Both the position numbers and the translations under genes were made by a program. From Chloroflexota bacterium (lineage in GTDB: Bacteria > Chloroflexota > Dehalococcoidia > Lucifugimonadales > JADFKI01), in the NCBI GenBank assembly GCA_027623195.1, contig JAQBUT010000033.1, positions 1-27,613 on the forward strand: DNA of 27,613 nt, read 5' to 3'. Each line of letters begins with the position of its first letter. Position 1 is the stretch's first letter. Below are positions 19,685-27,613 of the stretch, piece after piece. Under the pieces are notes generated by a model. It was not told the origin of the DNA. It searched no databases and was given only the letters and a program-made list of their open reading frames with translations.

Positions 19685-20293
19685 ATGAATAGCATTTGGG
19701 ACCAATCGGTCGCGGGACACAAGCACATGATTCGTCAGTACATTATCGACGCCATGCTGGACATGGTGTCCGAGAAGGGCGTTTCCCAGGTGTCCATGAG
19801 CCATCTGGCTAAGGCCGCCAAGGTGTCCAGGCAGACGCTATACAACTACTTCCCAGATGTCGAGAGTGTGCTGGTGGCCTGGATGGAACAGGAGGCCGAC
19901 ATGCTTTACCACGATATTCGCGAGAAGACGGCCAGCCTGGAAGACCCTCTGGAACAGCTATTTGTTTACGTAGTTACTTCGCTACAGTCCTGCGCAGCCC
20001 GGCAGCACCCGACAGGCGTTGAGGCTGCCATGAGCATGCAGGCCACGGTCGGCGCAGAGCTTAGAATGCGTATCGCAGAACACACTTCGTCGCTAGAGGA
20101 GCACTTGCGCCAGATCCTGGAGCGCGGCGTCTTGGCAGGCAAATTCCGGCAAGACCTGGACATCGACGCTCAGACTAAGATCATATTCCGGCTGACGGCC
20201 AGCCTACACACCATCATGACCGATCCCAAATACGATATCGAGCGCACAACCAAGGCCATAATGGATCTGGTCATGAACCGGCTCACGGTGTAA
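19685..20293 (+). CDS. TetR/AcrR family transcriptional regulator
   Basis: N-terminal HTH (VSMSHLAKAAKVSRQTLYNYF); ILERGVLAGKFR. Confidence 0.92.
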   Translation: MNSIWDQSVAGHKHMIRQYIIDAMLDMVSEKGVSQVSMSHLAKAAKVSRQTLYNYFPDVESVLVAWMEQEADMLYHDIREKTASLEDPLEQLFVYVVTSLQSCAARQHPTGVEAAMSMQATVGAELRMRIAEHTSSLEEHLRQILERGVLAGKFRQDLDIDAQTKIIFRLTASLHTIMTDPKYDIERTTKAIMDLVMNRLTV

Positions 20294-20329
20294 ATACCCG
20301 CCTTACCGGTTCCTAAGAGTCACTAAAAC

Positions 20330-20368
20330 AAGAGGCCTCCTCTGGATTCATGTCAGAGGAGGCCTCTT
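20330..20368. terminator. Probable bidirectional terminator between tetR and the UGSC gene
   Basis: Perfect 15-bp inverted repeat AAGAGGCCTCCTCTG/CAGAGGAGGCCTCTT. Confidence 0.75.
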
Positions 20369-20389
20369 TAGTTACAGGACTACGGCGTA

Positions 20390-22081
20390 TTAAGCCGTGC
20401 CGTTCACCGACGTCCGGTGTTCAATCTCCGCAGTGCCTGGTGTGGATGCTGCGAAAATCAGATCCTTGGCCCGGTCGTTGGCGCCCACGCACACCAGCCA
20501 GTAGCGGTCCGGCGTCTCGTGGGTATGCAGAAGTGTCTGCTCCTGCTCCCTGGGGCTAAGGTCGTACAGCCACTTCCAGCCCCACTTGACCTTCTCCAGC
20601 ACCTGGAAATTGTTGATTAACTCTCGCGCAGGCCTCTTGCTGTGGGCATGGATGAAACTCTTGGCGGCCTTCTTGCTGAAGCCATCATTGAAGATCGGGA
20701 TGGCATGAGCAGGCGCAATCAGCATGAGCTTGCCGCCCCGAGGACGATCATCGTACTCGCCATGCAGGTTGGCTATGTGCTCGCCTCCTCCCATGTTGCC
20801 GGCGTAGGCTATGGTCCGCAGGATGCCCGGGCCTGTGCTGTTTCCCTGGTCTCCCACGTCCATCTCGGCCCTGGTGCCGAACACCGTTACGGTGCTGGCG
20901 TCCCTTCGGAAGCCTTGCTCTACGTGAAACGGTTCCCACGGGGAGTCCTCTTCGTTCTCCGCAATCAGCGTGGGGAATTTCCGAGTGGTGCCGATGGTGT
21001 CCATATCCAGATGGCCCGTGTACCAGTGGCCAACGTTCTTGAGCATCAGCAAAAGGCCGCGCCCTATGGTGATGTTAACCTGAGAGCGCTTGCCCGGGCC
21101 CAGTGTTGCCCGCTTGGAGTTTATGCCCAGCTCATTGGCAATGGGGCCGTTCACCATCCAGAGCGGCGCGTGGGCGCTGGTGGACATGAGCCAGCCACGA
21201 GCATCCTGCGGGTCAATGCTCGCCAGTGCGCGAGCCCCAGCCATAATTACGGGCAGGTGTTCTGGCTTGCAACCGGCCATGACGGCGTTGATAGCGATTT
21301 TGCGGACGGTAGCGTAGCCCGTGCCAGGAGGCAGCAGGCAGACCAACTCGTCTGGGCCTTGGCTGGTGCCTGTCAACATCTTTTCGACTCGTTCAGGCGT
21401 CGGAGGAATCAGGGGGAACCCGTCGCCCCAGTCCCGGTCCATGAATGCTGCGTTGAATGCGTCAGCCGCGCCGAACTGGTCTTCACCCTCGAACGTCTCT
21501 ACGCTGCCGTCACCCCTGGCATCAAGGACAGCCCCCTCATGGGCGTGGCCATTCACGGATGTGGTAAGAATCCTGATAATTTCATCCATAGCCGGATCCG
21601 TCTGGGCTATGGTCTCCTCAACCGTGATGTTGTTGTAAACCTTGGGGACAACAGCAAACTTGATATCGCCCATACCAAATGCCTTGGCGCTGGCGAATGC
21701 GTCGTCCTGAAAGCCCTCGGAAAGAATCGTAGCAGTGGGAACTCCAGCCTTCTCCAAAGAGACCATGTCGTGGATCATCCACGACGTGCATGACCCTCAA
21801 TCAGCGGTGCAGCCAATGGCTACATCCACCTCCTGCTTGGCCCTGTCCATAATGAACTCAGGCGTGGGGAGCGCCCCACTATAAAACTTCACCGTGACGC
21901 CGGGAACTCGTTGCACCAACAACTCTCCTGCCCTGCGAAGGGCTACGTCGCCGTTGGCCTTACCGTTCCAGACCAGGCCAATAGTCTTGCCCTCCAGACT
22001 GGAGGGTCGTGGCGCCAGCGGCGTGGCTTCCACCTCCCCCAGCACCGGCGCGACGGGATTCAATACTTCTAGCTGATACAT
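20390..22081 (-). CDS. UGSC-motif selenoprotein, 563 aa, Sec at codon 95 (TGA 21799-21797), fused to a DGxPxxPPT-type C-terminal domain
   Basis: AGGAGG SD and ATG at 22081; reads ...IGCTAD-TGA-GSCTSWMIHD in frame into the 462-aa ORF; SECIS-like hairpin directly 3' of the UGA. Confidence 0.88.
21759..21796 (-). promoter_or_regulatory. Candidate bacterial SECIS element
   Basis: UGA, 11 nt, then perfect 8-bp stem GTCGTGGA/TCCACGAC with loop TGA (G in second position); lower stem GGGTCAT/ATGGTCT with G-U pairs. Confidence 0.7.
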
Positions 22082-22248
22082 TCTCGCCTCCTCTAAGAAT
22101 TCCTTTGGAAGGGGTCCAGAGTCAGCACTTAGACTGAATATTCCAGCCCTTCTTTCGGTTCCATTTCCGTCTCAATCGGGGTTCTATTATAATCCCAATG
22201 TTCAGAATTTTTACAAGTACCAGAAAAAGTTAAAAACGGGGAAGAAAT

Positions 22249-23013
22249 ATGGTTAACCAAAAGAAGGTATTAATAACAGGCGCATCGGGACTGGTAGGCG
22301 GCGTGCTGCGCAACGGTTTGGGCGATAAGTATCAGCTCAGCGGCGTGGACAGGCATGTCATCCACGACTTTGATCTGCTGGTGGCGGACTCCTCCGACCT
22401 GGGAGCGGTGCAGCCTGCATTCGAGGGCAAGGACGTGGTAATCGACCTGGCGTCCAATCCCAGCGACAAGATTCCCTGGGAGATTGCCTACGAGAACAAC
22501 ATCCGATGCACGTACAACGCTTTGCAGGCGGCCAGTGAAGCCGGGGTGAAGCGGTTGATATTCGCCAGCTCCAACCACGCGACGGGCATGTACGAAAACG
22601 ACAAGCCCTTCTCGGACATCGTGGCCGGTCGCTACGACGGACTGGACCCACGGAGCATTCCTCGTATCGAGACAACATGGCCTGTGCGCCCGGACGGCCC
22701 CTACGGCATCGTGAAGGCCTTTGGAGAGGCCGCAGGCCGCTACTTTTCAGACGAGTTCGGGCTATCGGTTATCTGTTTAAGGATTGGCACGCTAAACAGC
22801 GAGAGCAGACCGCAATCGCCGCGCCACTTTTCGACGCTGCTAACGCACAGGGACCTGGTGCACCTAGTAGACATGTGCATCCAGGCCCCTGATGAGCTTG
22901 AGTTCGGTATCTTCTATGGCGTGTCCAACAACACCTGGCGCTTCTGGGACATCTCCAACTCGGAGAAGCTCATCGGCTACCAGCCCCAGGACGACGCCGA
23001 GCAGTGGCGGTAA
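22249..23013 (+). CDS. NAD-dependent epimerase/dehydratase, uronate-dehydrogenase-like extended SDR
   Basis: TGASGLVG, IFASSNHA, RPDGPYGIVK, CLRIG, YGVSNN..WD, GYQPQDDAE. Confidence 0.85.
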   Translation: MVNQKKVLITGASGLVGGVLRNGLGDKYQLSGVDRHVIHDFDLLVADSSDLGAVQPAFEGKDVVIDLASNPSDKIPWEIAYENNIRCTYNALQAASEAGVKRLIFASSNHATGMYENDKPFSDIVAGRYDGLDPRSIPRIETTWPVRPDGPYGIVKAFGEAAGRYFSDEFGLSVICLRIGTLNSESRPQSPRHFSTLLTHRDLVHLVDMCIQAPDELEFGIFYGVSNNTWRFWDISNSEKLIGYQPQDDAEQWR

Positions 23014-23015
23014 CT

Positions 23016-23094
23016 ACCCTCTCTAGCTCTTCCCCGTGACGGGGGAGAGAACCAAACCCTTTCCCCCGTGGATGGGGAAGATTAGGATGGGGGT
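23016..23094. repeat. Pair of inverted REP-like palindromic units between convergent genes
   Basis: Unit 1 ACCCTCTCTAGCTCTTCCCCGTGACGGGGGAGAG; unit 2 reverse complement ACCCCCATCCTAATCTTCCCCATCCACGGGGGAAAGG. Confidence 0.55.
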
Positions 23095-23100
23095 TTTCCG

Positions 23101-23367
23101 TTACGCCGTCAAATGCGCCTCTTCGCCGAATTTCAGCGCCGCCTCGATCTTCACGATGAGGGCTCGGGCCGACTCTGCCGTGAGCTCCACCGCGACACGA
23201 GCGTTGATGCCCTGGTTCTCATCTACGAAATCGATATTCAGCGTATGGTCTTCCATTGTATGGAACGGGTGGTCGAAATAGACACGAGCCTCCGTCAGTG
23301 GTATCCAGCCTTGCGAGGACTTACCGCTGCCGGAAATCTTGGTTTTTTCTGTGACGTAATTGCACAT
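23101..23367 (-). CDS. Small conserved protein, DUF6295-like
   Basis: MCxY..GSGK..GW..A.VYFDHPFH..HTLNIDF..ARVAVEL..ESARAL; GGAG SD. Confidence 0.75.
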   Translation of the reverse strand: MCNYVTEKTKISGSGKSSQGWIPLTEARVYFDHPFHTMEDHTLNIDFVDENQGINARVAVELTAESARALIVKIEAALKFGEEAHLTA

Positions 23368-23413
23368 CGTTTCTCTCCCATTGTTACCGTTATCGAATTG
23401 AATAAGAAACTAA

Positions 23414-23453
23414 GGCTATCTCGCAATCAGTGAATCATGATTGCGAGATAGCC
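23414..23453 (-). terminator. Terminator or attenuator hairpin between the hydrolase and DUF6295-like genes
   Basis: Perfect 16-bp inverted repeat GGCTATCTCGCAATCA/TGATTGCGAGATAGCC, then TTAGTTTCTT on -. Confidence 0.65.
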
Positions 23454-23460
23454 AGGCCGC

Positions 23461-24204
23461 TTACGAAAGGTGCTTGCCGAAAAATTTAAATACCTTCTCA
23501 TAGCCGTCCAGCGTCTGCTCCACGCGGTAGCTAGGCCGATGCGCCGCGAAGAAACCGTGGCCCGCGCCGTCGTAGCGATAGAACTCGTAGCTCTTGCCGG
23601 CGGCCTTCAACGCTTCCTCCTGCTGGTCTACCTGTTCAGGTGGGGGCGCCTGATCCTCGTTGCCGAAGATACCCAGCACCGGGACCTTAATCTCGGATGT
23701 CATATCTATAGGAGCAACGGGCTGCTTATCGTTCAGGGACTCTGGAGCCATAATTACGTTCCCGCCCCAGCAGTCCACCGCAGCGTCCAGGCCCGTCGCC
23801 TTTGCCGCTGCCATGTAGGCCTGGCGTCCGCCGGAGCAGAAGCCAATGCAGCCTACTTTGCCATTGTGATTGGGCTGCGCGCGAAGGTAACTGATACCGG
23901 CGTTCATGTCACCAATAACCTGCGCGTCGTCCATGCCGCCCGAAGTCCGTACTGCCGCCATAACGTCGTCTAGGGAGCCTGGCCCCATTCTGTGGTGCAA
24001 GTTAGGCGAGATAGCAAGGTAGCCGTGAAGCGCGAACTTGTTCACGACCTCCCTGGACCACTCATCCCAACCGGGCATGTGATGAATTACAAACACGCCT
24101 GGGAATGGCCCGGCACCCAGCGGTTTCGCAACGTAGGCGTCGATCATGTCTCCGTTGTTACCTGCTATCTGAATAGTTTCCGCAGTTAATCCTTCTAAAG
24201 CCAT
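23461..24204 (-). CDS. Dienelactone hydrolase family protein
   Basis: GFCSGG nucleophile elbow, GNED, YDGAGHGF; AGGAGG SD. Confidence 0.92.
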   Translation of the reverse strand: MALEGLTAETIQIAGNNGDMIDAYVAKPLGAGPFPGVFVIHHMPGWDEWSREVVNKFALHGYLAISPNLHHRMGPGSLDDVMAAVRTSGGMDDAQVIGDMNAGISYLRAQPNHNGKVGCIGFCSGGRQAYMAAAKATGLDAAVDCWGGNVIMAPESLNDKQPVAPIDMTSEIKVPVLGIFGNEDQAPPPEQVDQQEEALKAAGKSYEFYRYDGAGHGFFAAHRPSYRVEQTLDGYEKVFKFFGKHLS

Positions 24205-24261
24205 AGTAGTCCTCCTCCTGTAGCATGTAGCCCGCCGAGGCGGGCCTAGTTTAGTGGTGGA

Positions 24262-24290
24262 AGGGTACTATCGGGTGCCGGTGGTGTCAA
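24262..24290 (-). promoter_or_regulatory. Sigma70-type promoter for the dienelactone hydrolase
   Basis: TTGACA-17 nt-TACCCT. Confidence 0.6.
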
Positions 24291-24305
24291 CTTGTAGCAT
24301 AAACA

Positions 24306-24337
24306 AAGAAGGGGCGTCCAGACGGACGCCCCTTCTT
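24306..24337 (-). terminator. Terminator after the molybdopterin subunit gene
   Basis: 14-bp stem AAGAAGGGGCGTCC/GGACGCCCCTTCTT with a U-rich tail on -. Confidence 0.75.
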
Positions 24338-24362
24338 ATGAATTCTCGTTCCCTCAAGAAGC

Positions 24363-26684
24363 CTATTTATCGCCCATTGCCGCGACGATCTTGGCTGGCG
24401 TCATGGGTAGCTCGGTCATACGGACGCCTATGGCATGGGACACAGCGTTTGAGATGGCGGCCATGGGTGGCACGATGCACGCCTCCCCTACCCCGCGTAC
24501 GCCGAAGGGATGGCCGGGGTTGGCTACCTCCACTATGACCGTGTCGATCATAGGCAGGTCCAGCGCGGTTGGCATACGGTAGTCCAGGAACGAAGTGTTC
24601 ATAAGCCTGCCCTCGTCGTTGAAGAAGTACTCCTCGTTTAGCGCCCAGCCTATGCCCTGAGCGGCTCCGCCCTGCATCTGGCCCTCCACGTAACCGGGGT
24701 GAATGGCCTTTCCTACGTCCTGAACGGCTGTGAAGCGAAGAATCTCCACTTTGCCCGTTTCGGCATCCACTTCTACGTCAACCATGTGCAGCGCAAAAGC
24801 GTTGCCAACGCCGCCGGGGTTGACGGTTGCGCGGCCCACAATAGGTCCGCCAGTACCATTTAGTCTCGGCGCAAGAGCCTGGAACGTAATGCTAAGCTCG
24901 CTGTCCGACTTGTGGCGAATGGTGCCGTTATCGTACTCCACGTCACCAGGCTCCACCTCCCATATAAACGCCGCCCGTTCTATCACCTGGCGCTTCACGT
25001 CCTGGGCCGCCTCGTAGCATGCCCTGCCCGTCTTGAACGTAACGCCGCTTCCGCCTGCGCCTGAGCAGTAGCCAACAGAGTCCGTGTCCACGACCGCGGG
25101 CTTAATGGTCTCCACCGGGATTCCCAATACCTCGGCGACGTGCTGCGCCATGACGACACGGCTGCCGCCGATGTCCGGCGAGCCTTCGATGAGGCTTATC
25201 GTGCCGTCTGGGTTGACGCTGGCCACTGCACTGGATGGGCCACTGCCGTTGAACCATGCCCCGCTGGCAACGCCACGTCCCCGAAGCTTGCCCTTCACTG
25301 GGGTGCCCAGAGGAGTGTTGTAGTGCGCGTGGCTCTTACCAGCATCCAGCGTCTCTATGTTGCCAATCTTGTTGAAGACTGGGCCTGTGGGCTGACGGGT
25401 GCCCTCTTTCGCGCCGTTTATCAGCCGAAGCTCGATGGGGTCGATGCCCAGCTTCTCTGCCAGCTCGTCGATGGCCGACTCGGCGGCGTAGGCTGCCGCA
25501 GGAGAGCCTGGCGCCCTATAGGCAGATGACTTCTGAGTGTTAACGACCACATCGTAGCCCTCTATCAGGGCGTTGGAGATGGTGTAGGCCGCGAACATCG
25601 TTCGGCAACCTGTGGGCACGGGCGAGCCTGGGAAGGCTCCCGCTTCGTAGACAAGCCCAGCCTGAACGCCTGTGATCTTGCCATCGTTGGTAGCCCCTAT
25701 CTTCACTTTGATGTGTGTTGCGGAGGTCGGGCCGGTCCCCTCGAATACCTCGGGGCGAGTCAGATTAATCTTGACGGGTGCGGCAGCCTTCTTCGACAGC
25801 ATGGCCACAACCGGTTCAAGGTAGAGGCCGCTCATGCCCTTGCCCCCAAAGCCGCCACCGATCTCCATCGGGATGACCTTGATGCGAGACACCGGGATAC
25901 CCAGAACTATCGAGGTGTGGTCTCGAAACGCGAAGAGCTGCTGGGTGCTACACCAGATTGTTACGTAGCCGTCAGCGTCCCAGAAAGCCGTGGACGCTTG
26001 TGGCTCTATGTATCCCTGGTGCACCGCCTTGGTATGATACTCGCGCTCCACAATGGCGTCGGCCTGGCTAAAACCCTCGTCGATATCCCCAGACCGGAAC
26101 TCGAAGTGGTTGGAGACGTTTGTTGGCTTCTGAGCGTCTCCCCAAGCGCCGGCACGAAAGGCCGGGCTGGTCATCGTGATAAGTCGATCGTGCAGGATGG
26201 GGGCGTCAGGCTTCATGGCGGCGAATGCGTCCAACACCGGCGGAAGTATCTCGTATTCCACATCAATGAGCGACAACGCCTCTTCAGCTAAATGCGGATT
26301 GGTCGCCGCCAGGGCCGCCACGGCGTGGCCTTTGTACAAGGCCTTCTCTCTAGCCATGATGTTGCGGCTGTAGAAACCGAAGTTAGTGGCTGCGCCCTCT
26401 TCCTGGTCCACAAACTCCGCCGAACTCTCGGGGAAGTCGGCCGCCGTGATAACAGCCTTAACGCCTGGGTGTGCCAGGGCGCGACTATAGTCGATGGATT
26501 TTATGACCGCGTGCGGATGCGGGCTTCTTAAGACCTTTCCAAAAAGCATTCCAGACATATGAACGTCTGCCCCGTAACGTGCTCTGCCTGTCACCTTGTC
26601 CAGACCGTCATGACGTATAGGTCTCTTCCCTACGAAGTTGAATTCCTCGTTCACCAGTACGATGTTTGGCTGGTAATCAACCAT
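24363..26684 (-). CDS. Xanthine dehydrogenase/aldehyde oxidase family molybdopterin-binding (large) subunit
   Basis: KVTGRARY, LRSPHPHA, HQGYIEP, GGGFGGK, AYRAPG, EGQMQGG, RGVGE; start set at ATG 26684 (GGGGGTG SD). Confidence 0.93.
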   Translation of the reverse strand: MVDYQPNIVLVNEEFNFVGKRPIRHDGLDKVTGRARYGADVHMSGMLFGKVLRSPHPHAVIKSIDYSRALAHPGVKAVITAADFPESSAEFVDQEEGAATNFGFYSRNIMAREKALYKGHAVAALAATNPHLAEEALSLIDVEYEILPPVLDAFAAMKPDAPILHDRLITMTSPAFRAGAWGDAQKPTNVSNHFEFRSGDIDEGFSQADAIVEREYHTKAVHQGYIEPQASTAFWDADGYVTIWCSTQQLFAFRDHTSIVLGIPVSRIKVIPMEIGGGFGGKGMSGLYLEPVVAMLSKKAAAPVKINLTRPEVFEGTGPTSATHIKVKIGATNDGKITGVQAGLVYEAGAFPGSPVPTGCRTMFAAYTISNALIEGYDVVVNTQKSSAYRAPGSPAAAYAAESAIDELAEKLGIDPIELRLINGAKEGTRQPTGPVFNKIGNIETLDAGKSHAHYNTPLGTPVKGKLRGRGVASGAWFNGSGPSSAVASVNPDGTISLIEGSPDIGGSRVVMAQHVAEVLGIPVETIKPAVVDTDSVGYCSGAGGSGVTFKTGRACYEAAQDVKRQVIERAAFIWEVEPGDVEYDNGTIRHKSDSELSITFQALAPRLNGTGGPIVGRATVNPGGVGNAFALHMVDVEVDAETGKVEILRFTAVQDVGKAIHPGYVEGQMQGGAAQGIGWALNEEYFFNDEGRLMNTSFLDYRMPTALDLPMIDTVIVEVANPGHPFGVRGVGEACIVPPMAAISNAVSHAIGVRMTELPMTPAKIVAAMGDK

Positions 26685-27064
26685 AGTGTTCACCCCCAAG
26701 ACGCGGCCTGTAATGCAGAGCCTCGTCTAAAATTTTGCATGGCGTAATGTACCACAATTCTCCAAGGTCGTTAATTTTCATATCGAGAGGCTGGGCGCTT
26801 TGATCCCCAGTAATCGATTATACAAAGGCGAAATGGAATGTCAGCAAGTTGTGAGGGTGAGGTCAGGAAAAAAAGAGGTCACTGGCTATAGATTGAAATA
26901 ACGACTTCGAAAGCTTATGGCCAGCGGCGCCAACGTAGCTGCGCCCTGGCCAGACCGCGCCACGAGCCCTCAGTTGGAACGAGTAGGCGTAACAGGTTGT
27001 CCGACCTTTAACGGTACCTCGAGACAGGGCTGGAAAGCGCAGGTCAAAGGAGAGAGATCGGCAT

Positions 27065-27421
27065 ATGACCACGACGTCATTCTTGCCCCGAATGATCGCC
27101 CTGCTGGAGCGCCATAGACAAGACCTATGCTCCAGTTTCTACACACGAGATGACCTTACGCCCACCAATCATTGCTTATTGGGATGGATGGCCGAGGATG
27201 CCAGGGTTGCTCTACCGCCGGCCAGATACAACACCCACGTCATAGGCATGAAGGGCACCGGCCGCTTTTCAGCCGACCTCCAGGAGGAGTACGGCCTGAC
27301 ATTGCAGCAGCTTCAGCAATTGCAGTTGGCCAATGACGACGCCCGAACAATGCAGGAAATGACAGAGATGCTGATACGGCTGGCCAGGGGTTGGCACGTA
27401 GGGTTTGATTTGGCTGCATAG
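27065..27421 (+). CDS. Hypothetical protein, 118 aa
   Basis: AAAGGAG SD and ATG; protein-like composition; no recognised family. Confidence 0.6.
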   Translation: MTTTSFLPRMIALLERHRQDLCSSFYTRDDLTPTNHCLLGWMAEDARVALPPARYNTHVIGMKGTGRFSADLQEEYGLTLQQLQQLQLANDDARTMQEMTEMLIRLARGWHVGFDLAA

Positions 27422-27547
27422 ACTGGTAAACAGGCGTTTCCTGCGAGGGCAGGGGCCGCAGGTAACCAGCGTTTCAGCCCCAATTACAAACGTCCATACT
27501 TTCCATAGGACGCTCGCGTTCGCGAAGGGCAAGACAGAGGTGGAGCG

Positions 27548-27574
27548 TGTAGACCGTCAGCGAAAGTGGGACAC
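27548..27574 (+). mobile_element. Possible IS3-family terminal inverted repeat at the window edge
   Basis: TGTAGACCGTCAGCGAAAGTGGGACAC resembles the TG...GGACA pattern of IS3-type ends; no transposase or partner repeat visible. Confidence 0.25.
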
Positions 27575-27613
27575 AAATGGACCTGAAATTAGTGGAGACT
27601 ATAGGCAGGTAGA

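Noticed and set aside
20390..21778. 462-aa ORF as an independent gene
   Set aside because: No suitably spaced SD; ATG lies in the SECIS-like stem; in-frame continuity with the upstream ORF through UGSC
20642..21793. 383-aa + strand ORF
   Set aside because: Antisense shadow of the UGSC selenoprotein gene
24363..26684. Aerobic CO dehydrogenase CoxL
   Set aside because: Active-site loop is AYRAPG and no coxMS genes are adjacent
26918..27052. Moco, THF or other known riboswitch
   Set aside because: Only short fragments resemble the consensus; orientation is away from the Mo enzyme gene

Overview
A 27.6 kb chromosomal window from a Chloroflexota (Dehalococcoidia) bacterium. The 16S rRNA points to the marine SAR202 clade. 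Coding content is mostly organic-matter uptake and catabolism: a family-5 peptide-type ABC transporter without ATPases, an acyl-CoA dehydrogenase-like flavoenzyme, two sugar-phosphate-isomerase TIM barrels, an SDR, lhgO, an amidase, a uronate-dehydrogenase-like epimerase, a dienelactone hydrolase and a lone xanthine-dehydrogenase-family Mo subunit. Also present are a cytochrome P460-family lipoprotein, AlaX, a scramblase-like protein and a TetR. Highlights the ORF track misses: (1) the ORFs 21797..22081 and 20390..21778 are one 563-aa UGSC-motif selenoprotein, with an in-frame UGA followed by a SECIS-like hairpin; (2) a self-contained promoter-16S-tRNA-Ala-terminator unit with no 23S/5S and a structured ~200-nt spacer insert; (3) a DUF3592-like gene frameshifted in a G8 tract; (4) an in-frame amber codon between the best start site and the body of a secreted protein; (5) a 14-codon leader ORF ahead of the ABC binding protein. 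All family calls come from motif recognition, not from database searches.
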